A DNA stretch of 63,244 nucleotides, filler included, from Basidioascus undulatus (taxonomy: Eukaryota): assembly GCA_000826855.1 (NCBI GenBank). It is 18 parts of 18 records of this genome, joined end to end, with 100 filler letters (N's around TTAATTAATTAA, not from the genome) between each part and the next. Parts side by side here need not be neighbours in the genome. Positions count along the whole stretch, not along the records: positions 21,534 to 44,342 come from JTLS01000284.1; positions 44,443 to 46,717 come from JTLS01002839.1; positions 46,818 to 49,081 come from JTLS01002841.1; positions 49,182 to 51,445 come from JTLS01002842.1; 14 more parts are not named here. One strand, written 5' to 3'. The position numbers were made by a program, and so were the translations under genes. Shown piece after piece: positions 38,413 through 50,532 of the stretch (position 1 is its first letter; every line of letters starts with the position of its first letter). The notes beneath the pieces were generated by a model. It saw only the letters and a list, made by a program, of their open reading frames with translations, searched no databases and had not been told where the DNA came from.

Positions 38413-39390
38413 TCAGACACCGTTCACCTCCATCCCACCCCACTCGAGCACCCGAAACTTCGTCGCGTCTGCCAGGGCCGTTGCACCACCTTCAATCCCG
38501 TTCACCCCAACCCAGTCCCATGCCTTTGCCTCAGCTCACGTCCAAGCCTCCTTCTCTTACTCCCTCACCCCACGGAACAGCATGAACACGTGTACGACGA
38601 CGTCCGGCGCCGGCTCGATGCGCAGCTGCGCCGCCTGCTCATACTCGGCCTGCGGGAGGAAGCGGAGCGCGACGTTGGTGTGCCGGTTGAAGGAGCGCAG
38701 CCAGAAGGTGACGAAGCAGGTGGTGGCTTCGATGTGAAGGTCGAGGGAGGGGAGATGGGGGCGAGGTAGTGCGCGAGGTCGGCGGAGGGGAGGAGGAGCG
38801 AGTTGGACGGGTCGACGGTGGCGCGGGGAGGATCAAATGCGGGAGGGAGGGTGAGGGCGTTGTGCAGCGGTTGAGTGAGCAGGCGGGGAGGGTTGGTCCT
38901 GAGTAACTTGAGCGTTAAGCAAGCGCGCAGAGGAGGCGGGGGCGGGAAGCGAAGGGGATCACGCGTTTCGCTTCCCAGAACAAATAGCTGTATTGTATGC
39001 CTCCGAGTCTCTCAGCATCCCGTCAGGCTGCGCGAGCATATCCCACGAAACGCCTTCGTCGCCAGTCGCAGCGGAGCGCGCGACTTTGGCGAGCGGGTAG
39101 ATGAGGGAGAAGTCCCACGAGAGCACGAGCGAGAGGTCGATGTGGACGTCCAGCGGAGAGGGTGGACTAGAATTAGGATGTCAGAGAGACGGAGTTTGGG
39201 TAAGAGGTAATGGATCGAAACGCACAAGAGGTTGATGACTGGTTTCCGGCCTGTCGCAGGGTATTTCCTGCTCCCGGATTTCCCACAGTGAACGTTCAAG
39301 CGGCTTTTCCGTCGACAAGGTCGTCCAATCTCAGACGTGTTCAAGAGCGGGCGGAAGGGAACATGAAAAATTTGGAATAAAGACACTTAG
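38413..39390 (-). pseudogene. Ubiquitin-like/KPVIY-type uncharacterised gene, copy A (pseudogene, 5' truncated)
   Basis: RKPVINL/PLDVHIDLSLVLSWDFSLIYP..VSWDMLAQPDG..YSYLFWEA/..TCFVTFWL..VALRFLPQAEYEQAAQLRIEPAPDVVVHVFMLFRG..FRVLEWGGMEV, with stops and frameshifts. Confidence 0.82.
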
Positions 39391-39428
39391 GAAAAGACAA
39401 GGTAGGCGGCCAGTACGCCCGTTCACGC

Positions 39429-39689
39429 TCATGCCGTTCCTTCGTACTTGCGGACGCGCAGGGGCACCTTGAAGCCGGGCTCTCCAGGCACGCGAGCTTT
39501 CATGACCTGGCGAACAGGTTCAAACCGTCAGTCTGCCTTCCAAGGCAGGCAGCATAGAGTAGATCAGGGCACGTACAAAAACAGTAGACACCATGAACTC
39601 GAGCGGCGTGCCCGTAGGCAAAGGGTCGCGCGGAGCGAACTCGAACTTGCGGACGAGGGTCGCTAGGATGACGCGCTTTTCGACGAGCG
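39429..39689 (-). pseudogene. Last two exons of the cytochrome P450, displaced by the inversion
   Basis: ALVEKRVILATLVRKFEFAPRDP..FMVSTVF/VMKARVPGEPGFKVPLRVRKYEGTA-stop: the post-heme L-helix and C-terminus missing at 31922. Confidence 0.8.
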
Positions 39690-39738
39690 CTGCGAGGGAG
39701 TGTGAGCCTTTGGCAAGAAACCTGAGTAGTGGGGGTTA

Positions 39739-40313
39739 ATGGGAGGGGGCGGCAAATGCCGCTACCTTGGTTGGAATGCTGAGTACATCGGGCTTTCTCT
39801 TTTTCAGTACCGTCTTCCGTGCAAAGTTGATCACTGGGCAATGGCTCCAGGACTGACTTGCCTCGTCTATTCATGCACGCTCTCAATAACACGTTTCTTC
39901 CCTCGTTCGATCCGTCCTGCACCATGATCGACCGTCCAATTGCGCATGTCCTCCCCTCTTACGATTTTGCATCCTACCTCGACCTCATCCTTCCCTCACT
40001 CTGGCCTCTGCACGAAGGCGACTACCTCCTTCATCACGTACTGGCTCCCCTCGTTCAGCCGCCATGCCAAGATCGCGCTGCGATTCCTCCCGCCGAGCCA
40101 GTACGAGCAGGCGGCGCCGCTGCGCGTTCAGCCGGCGCGGACGTGGTCGTGCGCGTGTTAATGCTTTTCCGTGGGGTGAGGGAGGAGGAGATGAGTGCAT
40201 GCCGTGGAGCTGAGGGGAAGAGCTGGGATTGGAGAAAGGTGATTAGGATCGAGGCGAGGGCGATGGCGGACCAGGGGAAGTTTTGTGTGCTGAATGTGGC
40301 GGGCTCGAGGTGA
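39739..40313 (+). pseudogene. 3' half of ubiquitin-like/KPVIY-type gene, copy B
   Basis: GGKCRYLGWNA/..FASYLDLIL..ATTSFITYWLPSFSRHAKIALRFLPPSQYEQAAPLRVQPA..DVVVRVLMLFRG..KFCVL, with frameshifts. Confidence 0.82.
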
Positions 40314-40759
40314 AGAACCTTTGAGGGATATAGTGTCGTTCGGGTTTGAGCGCATCATAATCTATGCTTGCAAGGCGACGGTTGTAATCTTGTTCTGTTC
40401 TAAAGAAAAAATGTTGTACGCTCCTTTATGTGTTCATGCTACACATTGCGTAAGTTGGCTGGTGCCCTACGGCTGAGTTCTTGCGATCCTTCCAATATGG
40501 AAGGCTACCAAATTATACATGAGTGCTGAAGGGGTCATTAACCGAATAATTGCACAATTTCTCAAAGTGTTGCAAAGCATTGACGAGGGCATTTTATAAC
40601 GATTGGAATGCTTGAGGCGTTTGCCTACGAAATTGCGGTTACAGAATCTCATTTCGTTTTGCCTTCTAGTCTACACTTTCACACGTCTGGGCAGTCGCAA
40701 TTACATGATATCTAGGGAATTAGTGAAACATATACTAAGGCAGGCCAAGTCGCAAGATC

Positions 40760-42440
40760 TCGCTGGGACCCTCCACCGCCCGCGCTTCCTCTCCAGAAAA
40801 CTCCCAGAAGCAATCGTCCACACCTACGTACTCCACCTGCGGCCACTCAGAATAAACAAGCGAGACCAGCGCGAGACCTTGTTGCGGCCCCAGAACGGGG
40901 ACTTATCACGCAGCGCGTTCTGGATCACGAACGTGTTGAGCGAGCGATAGCAGCCCAATGCGGCTCCCAGGTTGGCCACCTGTGGCAGTAAAGGATCAGC
41001 GAACTCTTCCTGACCGGGGGGTCTGGCTGAAAACGTACCGTGGAGAGTACGAGTTTCGAACTATTCGAAGATCCTTCGCCGGAGGAGTCGACCAATGCGC
41101 AGTCAAGGTATGGCAAGACGAGGTGCTCGAGCTGTGGAAGCCCGCGTGCTAAATCCGAGCCGAGGGCGAAAGTCTCGGTCCCGAGGCAAGTGGCAGGCAG
41201 GATCAGAGTACGAAGCGCGGCAAGAAAGCCAGCGCATTGCGAAGGTCCGCGACTTGAGGGCGTTGTTGAGGACATGAATGAGCTGCGGGTCCTCGTCGTA
41301 GGACGACTCGTTGAACTCGAACCAGTTCACTCCGAAGAAGAGGCGCGTTCGAGACTGCTGACGCTGGACGAACTCAACTCAGAGAACGCTTGAATAACGG
41401 AGATCACCGACGCCTGGTCCTCCAGACCCATGTCGAAGGAGAGAGTACGAGAGACTGCTGATTCGGAAAGGGCCTGCAAACCGCATCCAGGAGAATGCGA
41501 TAGTCTGGAAAATCGAATCCAGACAGTACCAGCTCGTCAAGCCTGTCCGAAGATGAGAATGGTCCTGCAATCGAAGGCGGGGCGGGAGGATGAGGTCCAA
41601 GTCCGCAGCTGCGAGAGGGCAGTGGTAAAGCTCGAGAGTCTCGATTGAGGAGAGGTCGAGAGGTGCGAGTGCTGGCTTGTTGGGAAACGCTGGAAGGTAC
41701 GCAGCGTCGATCACCAGCCGAGTAAGGCTTCAAGGCAGTTGGAGGACCGCTCGCGAGTGCCCTGAGAGCGACAAAGAGCGAAACTTGATCGACCTGATAG
41801 CAGTGAGCCTCAAGAAGTTCAGTCCGCCCCCGTTCGGATAAGCAAGTCTGTGCTGAAGACCGCTGTGAAAGAAGACAGTCATTCGCATCAGTCTCAGCAG
41901 CGCCAGTCTCAGCAGCGGCATCCGTTCCATTTGGTAGCATCGGTAACGCATTCGACTTGCAATCTCTCTAGAAGTGGCGTTTTGCGGAGGACGACGTTGA
42001 GGTAGAGCGTCTCCAGGTGGACGTGAACCTTGCCCTTGTTGGTCCACACGAAAGAGCGCAAGCGGGTCTCGTTGATAGCTCCGCTCGGCGACCAAGCCTA
42101 TGCTTGCACGTTCAGCGTCACCTCATCCTCAGATTTAGGAAAAGACTCACTCGCAAAGCTCTCGCCCGCCAGACTGTGCCACTCCGACACCTCCTTCTCC
42201 TCTCCATCCTCCTCCCCCTCGTCCTCCCCGTCGCTGTCCTCCTCTTCACCGCCCTTCGTCGCGGGCGAGTCAACACCCAACCGAATGATGATCGAACGCA
42301 GAGCCGAGACAGTTCGGATTCGCGATGATGCTGCCGAGCCTCGCAGCTTGAATTTCGAGCCCACGAGTGCGCACAGTGACGTGAGTTCAGAGAACACGCG
42401 GACGAACGCCGCGTCGTGGATGGCGTGCGCAAGTGAGCGG
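40760..42440 (-). pseudogene. Degenerate F-box/LRR-like gene
   Basis: Leu-rich LRR-like segments (SIETLELYHCPL, LRTLILPATCL, LPQLEHLVLP) and an acidic tract spread across shifting frames with stops. Confidence 0.45.
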
Positions 42441-44589
42441 GGCGACCGCGAGCGAGGGGATTAGCTCCGTTAGTAGAAGATAGGAAGTGACGGCGACCTA
42501 GTCTCCGGTGGAAGGGTATCAGATAGCGGCATGGCGTGAAGGTCAGCGTGACGTGGGCCTGAGAAGCAATGGCAGGGTTCTCTCTGCCGTTCGAACGGGT
42601 GGGTGCAGGTGAGTGTGATAAGAGAGAATACCAGCCACCAGCCAACAACCGCCCTCAGCAAGATGCCGATGCATGGGCGCTAACGTTTCTGAGCTGATGG
42701 CGGTCCAAGACAACGAGCGACTCGAAAGTTCATTCGGCAACGACGCGCAAAGACTCGTGTTTCAATATTTAAAAAAAAAATTGCTGATCATCACTTGTCA
42801 GATTTGTACAAAAAAAAGGGACAGACAATCCAAAAAGAAAAGGGTGAGATCGTTTTCAGCTTGGAGGGTGCGTACCGCAACGTCAAGTGTGTTGCTTCTA
42901 ACAGCGCCACACCAGAACACTCAAACAGTAGGCAAATAGGAGATGTAATTATGCAGCTGAACTATAAGCATGATCATAGCGAGTCCCACGAGTGCCAAAT
43001 ACCCCCTACAGCTTCAGGATGTTGGTCGCCCACTCCGAAGTCCTGCGCGCTGCAGAGCTCAGTCACGATGCCCCTCTTGTCACGGCGAATGAAGACTTCG
43101 GATCTGGGGTGGGCATCGGAGAAATATCAAAGCTGTGAGCAGGCGCTTGAGGATATTTTGGGTGTGACGCGAAGTCCTGGGAACAACCAAGAGGAGATGA
43201 GCTGTTCTAGGTTGAGCGCGGCAAGGCGCCACGCGACAACCAGATTATATGAGAAGCAAGAAAGAGGTCAGGAACGCCCCGAAGGCTCAGAAAGCTGGTG
43301 AAAGCGCACCTCCATGACATGCTCAGGCAAGTGTGCCTCAGGCGCGAAGAACGATTGTAGCTACCGGAGGGCTCGGGATACCGCCTCCATGAAGACAAGC
43401 GCTTTAGGGTGCACCATCCTCAAGCCGAGAATAACGAGATGCAGGAGCGAGCTGGGCAGTCATGGAGAGTAAGTCAACCCACCGCATCGTCGTAGAATGG
43501 CTCCGTTCTCAACTGCTCGTCGTCCTCCCACGTAACGAGCTTCACAAGTTTTTGCAAGGGGCAAGCGCACAAGATCGAAAGTACGTCTTCCGAGGATGCC
43601 TAGAGAATCTAGAGCTTAGGGAGGGCCCCCGCTGGGAGAGAGCTTGCCAAAGTCTATTGGCCGCGCTGAGGTTCACGTTCCTCGATGGTGTTCTTCACAG
43701 CCTTCAAAAAGCGACAGCTTCAAGGCCCGTTTACCAAGAAGTAAAGAGAGCACAGCAGGCTGCGCCGGATTTGCTCGCCGTTCGGGCAGCGGTCCAGCCG
43801 CACGTTTCAATACACCGAAGAGTACAACAGCCGCAGCCTTCAACCAGAAAGGTCTTGGAACAAAACCTTCTACTCTGCCTAGCTTCTACTCTTCCTAACC
43901 CGTCTTTTATTCTTTTAGTCTCCCTATGCTCTGGACCGGCTGCTCTGCTGCTGGCCGCACATCGCAGAAGTTGACACACGTCTGGAGTAGTGCTCAGAAC
44001 AAGACAGCATTCCTTCATGGAACTGCTCGAAATTTCTTTAGAAAAACATGCTCACAATAGCTCATTCCCAACCGTATGTATATATCCATGTGACTTGGGC
44101 CGGTCCTCAGGCAGATCATAGAGTAGGTGTATGAAAATCTCATCAGCAGCGTTTTCCTTGGTAGATCGGCAATCCTTTTTGGGAGTAGAGTGCCTATCTA
44201 GCGAGTGACCTCAGTTAGTTTACATAAGAAATCAATTCCCTGTAAGCCTTGTACAAGCTGAATGCAACGCATGCCGAAGCTGAACATAAATGGCGCTTGA
44301 TGCCGGCTTGTCTATGCCGTCTGCCTGGTGGGGGGGGGGGGGNNNNNNNNNNNNNNNNNNNNNNNNNNNNNNNNNNNNNNNNNNNNTTAATTAATTAANN
44401 NNNNNNNNNNNNNNNNNNNNNNNNNNNNNNNNNNNNNNNNNNGGTGTCCTCGACGATAATAACTTATTACGCCGAGTAGAACCAGGTCAAAGTGGATCCA
44501 GCTAATGACTTTAAAGCGAGCTGGTTTTGCGTCCGGCAACGCTCACAACCAACACCTTACAAGCGATAAAACTTGTAAGGGTTGAGGTA

Positions 44590-45347
44590 TTCATGACACT
44601 CCAATAGCCGTGCCCATCTGCTGCAACGGAAGCAGTACAGGGTGAATGTGAAGAAGTGGGGAGAAGCTGAAAAGGTACGCACAGCGGCGGTGTCCTCCTC
44701 CTCCTCCTCCCCCTCGGCCTGCTGCGGCTCCCCCTCCCCTCCTCGCGGTCGTCTGGCTGCAAAGGGACCGTGGTGAGCGTAGTGTATAGGGAGTCCAAAA
44801 TGAAGCCATCTACGCACGTCAGGCAGGGGCTTGGGGAGGATGATGATGGACAAGCTGCGGGGTCTTGGGGTGGCATTGCGGCGGGAGACAGCCTCGAAGA
44901 ATCCATCAAGCGACTCCTCATCCTGCAGATCCACCTAAGCCAACTTTACACATGCTCCCAAGTAAAAGGAATGAAGCACCTCGATGGACATGTGCTTGCT
45001 CTCCGATCAGGCCCGAGATCGCGTAGATGTACTCGCTCCCGGACGGCGCCTTGTACGTCTTCGGCTCGGTGGTCTCTGAGCAGCATGTCCTCGAACTTGT
45101 CCTCCGTATTATTGAGCGAGACCTTGACCCCCTTCTCCTCTGTTCCCGCAAGCACAGCATCGCCGCTTGTGAGTGGAAGCCAGCAGGAAGGCAAGGACTG
45201 GCAGACGTACTCTTCTCCTCCACCTGCATTACCTTCTTCTTCCCGCTCCTGACCTCCTTTGACGTAGATCTTGTACTTGAACGCAAGCTCGACCGTGCAC
45301 TTGACCTCCTCGGTCTCGTCGTCCGAGCCACGCGCGTCATCGGCCAC
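44590..45347 (-). pseudogene. Hypothetical gene remnant
   Basis: Coding-like charged segments (EVKCTVELAFKYKIYVK, KVSLNNTEDKFEDML, VDLQDEESLDGFFEAV) separated by intron-like sequence; frame integrity is doubtful. Confidence 0.35.
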
Positions 45348-46188
45348 TATCCACCAATCTCAGCTGCGTGCGGGAACAAGACAGACGCGGGAGCTACTGC
45401 GCTTGCGGGATCCGGAAGCAGTTGCAGGCATGGCTATCTCAAGTACAGAACAATCTATTGGTTTGGTGAACCGACGGAAAGCTTGTCAAGAGGTAAATCT
45501 GCTGCTAGCAACGGTGAATAATGAAGAGAACAAGGAGCAGGGCAGGACGCGACGAGGACGCGCAGCGCTGGGGCGCGATTCCCACGCGACTTACGGCTTG
45601 GCACCCCCTGCCCGGGTAGGTGTGGCCGTCGCCATCGGAGCGCATCCCACTCACTTATTCACCCACCGCCCGAGCAAAATGCGCAGGGGCTCCATCGCTT
45701 GGAGACGGCGGCATGATAGGAAGGTAGTGGAGTGTCTGGAGCCCATGCATCCCACCTGAATATCATACTACGGTTGTGACCTTGATCTTCTGTACCCCCA
45801 CTGCAGCCTGCTCTTGTTCGAACAGCCCCATTTTCGCATCGAGCACGACAGCTCCTATGAGCTGCCCACAACACCAAATCCTACCGAAAGATGCAGCCGT
45901 GCTACTACTTGTTCTTTTCTCTTCTGCTCCGTCTTTGAACTCCTTGGTCTTCTGTGTCTTCCTCACAATTTGACACTTTGCCGTCTTCCTGCTTCCCACG
46001 CGTCGAGCGATCGCAAACTCAAAAATCGCCTCAGGGCGTCTCAGCGCCCCTGCAACTGCACGTGCAACCGATAGCAGTGGGACGAGGTTCGTCGTCTTCC
46101 TTCTTCCTCAACAGTTGCTTACCCTCAACACCTCCTCTTCTCCACCTCCCACACTCACTCTGCATCATTTTTTTATCCCTTTCTTTCC

Positions 46189-46675
46189 ATGCGGATCGCC
46201 TACTACGTGTCATCTCATGGGTTCGGGCACGGTACCCGAAGTGTAGCCCTCATCGCCTCCCTGCTCTCGCACTCGCACGAGGTCCTCATCGCGACCTCCG
46301 CCCCGGCGCTAGTCTTCGACGAGGTGTGCCTTCCGCTCGACGCGCCCAACTGCGCAGTGCACCACCGCCGCGCGGTAGACCCCGTCGTGCGCCAGCCGCT
46401 GGCGTACTCCGTCGCGCGGAACGCGACGTTCGACGCCTTGCGCGAGTTCGTAGCTGGGATGGACGAGCGGGTGGCGGGGGAGCGGGCGTGGTTGGCGGAG
46501 CAGCGGGTCGAGCTCGTCCTGGGCGATGCACCTTGGATCGGGTTCGAGGCTGCCAAGGCGCTCGGGATCCCCTCCGTGCTCGTATCAAACTTCACGTTCG
46601 ACGCCGTCTACTCGTACCTCTCCACGCCCCTCCTCGATCCCTCCTCGCTCTCTTCCCCCCCCCCCCCCCCCCCCC

Positions 46676-46717
<42 letters not shown>
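46189..46717 (+). CDS. L-arabinokinase N-terminal-like glycosyltransferase-fold protein, 5' part
   Basis: MRIAYYVSSHGFGHGTR..ATSAP..DPVVRQPLAYSV..LVLGDAPWIGFEAAKALGIPSVLVSNFTFDAVYSYL; runs into a poly-C contig end. Confidence 0.8.
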
Positions 46718-46817
46718 NNNNNNNNNNNNNNNNNNNNNNNNNNNNNNNNNNNNNNNNNNNNTTAATTAATTAANNNNNNNNNNNNNNNNNNNNNNNNNNN
46801 NNNNNNNNNNNNNNNNN

Positions 46818-47150
46818 CATTCGCCGCGCGACACGGATGGGAGCAGGACGCAGTTTTCGCCTCCCAACTCGCTCTATCTCGACAAGCTGTCCTCGGACCA
46901 GGCCAACTTCATGCCCTCGAGGCATCTGCATCGCCTCATGCAACTGCATCGCAACCGCTATCGCAAGGCCATCAAGATACTCGAGGTTCACGAGATAGGT
47001 GAGCCTTCGAACATACCCATGGCGAGGTCGATCAAAAGCAGTGGTTGAAGAGTACAGTCGGAGTCTTCATAGTCGACCAACGCTTGAAGTCCCCCACGGG
47101 AAAGCACTTCACCTCACTCACAAGGATGCGCAAGGGCGTGACCTAAGCTT
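46818..47150 (+). pseudogene. 3' fragment of an uncharacterised gene, paralogue L
   Basis: ..LHRLMQLHRNRYRKAIKILEVHEI [frame shift] HTHGEVDQKQWLKSTVGVFIVD..GKHFTSLTRMRKGVT*AW. Confidence 0.6.
46821..46964 (+). repeat. Left arm of a 144-bp inverted repeat (partner at 48938-49081)
   Basis: Reverse-complement identity except for one mismatch (46905 A versus G at 48997 on the minus strand). Confidence 0.97.
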
Positions 47151-47152
47151 GG

Positions 47153-47389
47153 TTAACCTTCGAGCCTAGCGCACAATGCTGCGCCTGCTTCCCCTTCATT
47201 GCCCCGCTTCCAGCCCGCCTTGTCCCCCTTCGCCGCAGGGTAGTATATCGAGAAGAGAACCGTCTCGAGTATGAGCACCGGTCCTTCTTTGTGCTCGAGA
47301 TGATCCATGCGGCGAGGGTCTCGAACTGGCAGCTCGAGATCAATCACGCCGACGTCACACGGTCCATGATAAGGCGGGAGTTTTCCCAT
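47153..47389 (-). pseudogene. Truncated platelet-activating-factor acetylhydrolase-like N-terminal fragment
   Basis: LPPYHGPCDVGVIDLELPVRDPR..LETVLFSIYYPA matches the fungal PAF-AH N-terminus; the rest of the gene is absent. Confidence 0.7.
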
Positions 47390-48644
47390 GATTCAGGGAC
47401 GAGTCAAGCTGGAAGGAGGGAGAGAGGTGTGGTTAAATTATAGGATGGTGAAGGCGAGGGGGGCTGGTGGGGGGAGGGGACGACGGGAGAAGCTAGCGGG
47501 GGGAGGAAGGGAAGATCCAAGAGGACTGTAGGATGAGTGCCATAGACGATGCATTCTGTTCATTTGAGAAGAAATGGAACGAGGAGTTTCCGACGACCAT
47601 TTGATATTCGTCTGTGTGAGGACGTGGGCACAGGTGACTGCCGTTTATGCATTTATGCCACCTTTAAATCTGCCTTGCCGCCCATCCGAGCCGGTAGTCC
47701 AGTGTAAGAAAACACCTGAAACTCCAGTGTGTCAGCCCAAAGAAGTTGCCTTATGTCTTTCGTGAGCGTACTCCACAGAGTACATAGACACGATAGTCTA
47801 ACGAAAAGCGAGTGCCGCGTTGATGCCGACATCAGCTTGAAATGTTGCCATACAATGAGACGGCTCCGGGGTAGACTATCAGCAGTAAGGGCAAGTTCAA
47901 AAGCCAGCGCGGAGCCGGCAACGCTGAAAATTCGACAGGAAAGCAAGCAAACGACCCTTTCAAGGGCGGACTCCAGTCCGCGGGCATCGGTAGATATCCA
48001 ATGTTGTCGGGATTCTGCAATCGTGTATTAGACAAATTATGTTATAGGAGTGGGGATATCCGGAACATAAATATGGGGCTGAATTATGAGGCAAAGGACG
48101 CCTCACCCCAAGGTTGACTCTGGATCGAGAACAACAGCATGCTTCAAAGCGTCCCGTTCCTATCACTGTTCCAGAACACGGGTGAAACTTAAAAAAAAGT
48201 CAGTACTACGAAAATATTATTTTGAAAGATTCTGTTAGGTCTAGAGGAGGCGTTTTGACAGATCTGAAAGGCGGGTGGTCCACGCATGTAGATTCCAGGA
48301 CAGATTGAGTCGTCCCTGGGTTTGCTCGCCATGCAGCCAAAGAAGTGGCCGTTGTAGAGAAGAGAGAGATGAAGCGAATTTCTGCATGGACGTAGGACAG
48401 GACTTGATAAAATGACATACATCTCATAGTGCGGCTAAAGCGTTGAAGCCCGACGGAGATTCCCGTCTCGAAACACCGTTACACTCGCTGCGGTCCTGAA
48501 CATCGTTCCATGATTTCCTGGCTTAGGTTGATCAGGCAACCTGTCCAAGGGCGATATATCGCCGAGCAGAGGTAGCACAAATGCATGAAGGACAGTCACC
48601 CGCCCTCCGCCCCCGCAACCCCCGCAAGGCGGCCCAGACGAAGG

Positions 48645-49081
48645 TCAAATGGCCGTCGGAAGCTCTTTGTCCCACTTTGCCTCTATGGCTGAAAATGTCT
48701 CGTCGATCGCAGCCACGCATCCATAGCACACGGCAGTAGAGTCTTTGCTCGACCAAGCTATATTGACGCCTAGCCGACGTAAAGTGAGCATGTCGAAGTG
48801 GCTGCCACTGCGGTCGGCAATAAAGACACGGATGATGCTTTGGAACCATTGCTGCAGATGAACACTGCCGTGACTATGAGTCTCTTTGGTGGCGACGTGT
48901 CCTGGATATCATGTTTTTCCAAAATGGCAATGGCTTGGCGATAGCGGTTGCGATGCAGTTGCATGAGGCGATGCAGATGCCTCGAGGGCATGAAGTCGGC
49001 CTGGTCCGAGGACAGCTTGTCGAGATAGAGCGAGTTGGGAGGCGAAAACTGCGTCCTGCTCCCATCCGTGTCGCGCGGCGA
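48645..49081 (-). pseudogene. 3' fragment of an uncharacterised gene, paralogue R (tail resembles basidiomycete BTB-protein C-termini); includes the right IR arm
   Basis: ..LHRLMQLHRNRYRQAIAILEKHDI [frame shift] HSHGSVHLQQWFQSIIRVFIADRSGSHFDMLTLRRLGVNIAW..CYGC..IEAKWDKELPTAI-stop. Confidence 0.6.
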
Positions 49082-49181
49082 NNNNNNNNNNNNNNNNNNN
49101 NNNNNNNNNNNNNNNNNNNNNNNNNTTAATTAATTAANNNNNNNNNNNNNNNNNNNNNNNNNNNNNNNNNNNNNNNNNNNN

Positions 49182-50532
49182 TCCTCGGAGACGGTAGGAT
49201 CTTCAATATCCTCCTGCTTCGACGGTCCCTTGCTGCTCTCTGCTGCCTCACCCCTTATCTGGCTGAGCAAGCGCCTCAGCGCCACGCGGCGGGCTCTCCA
49301 GCGCTCACGCACGCCCACGCGCTCGTCTGAGATGGCGCCGTCCTCGCCTTCGACGCTTGACTGTCGGAAATCCCATGAGCAGATTTTACTGTTTAACGTC
49401 GCAAGTAAAGAGTGCGTCAGTCCGCGTCGCTGTAAGGAAAGACACAGAGCGACGAAGACGCACTACGTCCCGATGCCGAAAAAGGAGACGTTATCTGAAC
49501 GCGAAGGGCATGGATGAGCTCTGGAACTTGTCGAAATTGGCAAGTTGGTTGAGACTTACAGCACAAGATGAAAACGGACACCTGTTGGCAAGACATTGCG
49601 ATCGTCAGAAGCTGTACGGCTTTTTCTGAAGAAGGGAGACGCACGAAAGCAACTCCTAGGGCGGGGTCGGTATGCGGATTGAAAGGCGGCTGCGCAGCTA
49701 TACTCTGTTCATAGATACGGTCCGCCCTTCTGCGTTAGCGATCCCGCTTCCGGTATTCAACGACCTCGTCAAACGCACCTGCACGACAGCTGTCGGAAGG
49801 TTGCCCCACTGCCGTCACCCCCCAGTGTCAGCAACCGTGGCACCTGTCCTATTCGTCTGAAAAAGGTGCCCTCACATTGGAGAACGTCCCTGTAATCACC
49901 ACGCCGTACCTATGAACGAGTTCACCCAGGTCGAATAGAATCAGTCGACCGCAGCCCGACGTCCCCGATGCAAGTTAGCAGTAGCGTACCAGAACGATTT
50001 CGGCACCCAGAACACCTCGCGAACAATAAGGGACATGACCTTTTCCACTCCCAATCAGCCTCACCGCACACGCGCCCACCTTGTCGGGGGGAAGTAGACG
50101 CACAAGCCCGAGCGCCTGATAGAGCGCCGCAGTAAGGATGAGCGGGCCGAGCGCGCTGACGTTGCTCGAGTTGAAGGCAGGGACGATGCTGGAGAACATG
50201 AGTGCGGGCAACGCAATATTCTATCCCCAACCCCACGCGCACGCAATCCGTAAGCCACAACCCACAAGCAAGCCGAGGGGACAGGAAGACGCAGCGTGCC
50301 ATGGTTATTTGGGATGTTCCCCGCGCCGCTTGGGGCGCGAAGAGCCCCTTGCGGGTCAGAATGAACCCCGCGAAGATGGTTATGAACATTTTGAGGCTGT
50401 CCACAGCGGAAGCGGCAGGATCAGCGAGGCCGGAAGTTTTAACGCACTGAGACAGTCGGAGACGCACAGAGGCACGATCCCATCGTAGATGAGCGTCCCC
50501 ACGCCCGGGGTGCCCTGGGTAGAAGCAGCCAT
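49182..50532 (-). CDS. Auxin efflux carrier-like (Mem_trans/PILS/Ecm3 family) membrane protein, 5' part
   Basis: MAASTQGTPGVGTLIYDGIVP/LLKMFITIFAGFILTRKGLF..ARGTSQITM/NIALPALMFSSIVPAFNSSNVSALGPLIL..REVFWVP. Later exons were not fully resolved. Confidence 0.8.

Noticed and set aside
46656..46717. Poly-proline tract or G-quadruplex from the long C run
   Set aside because: It lies at the contig edge, where homopolymer artefacts are common, so its length is unreliable.
46821..49081. DNA transposon with terminal inverted repeats
   Set aside because: No transposase inside, the repeats are coding sequence that continues as diverged paralogues, and no TSD is visible.
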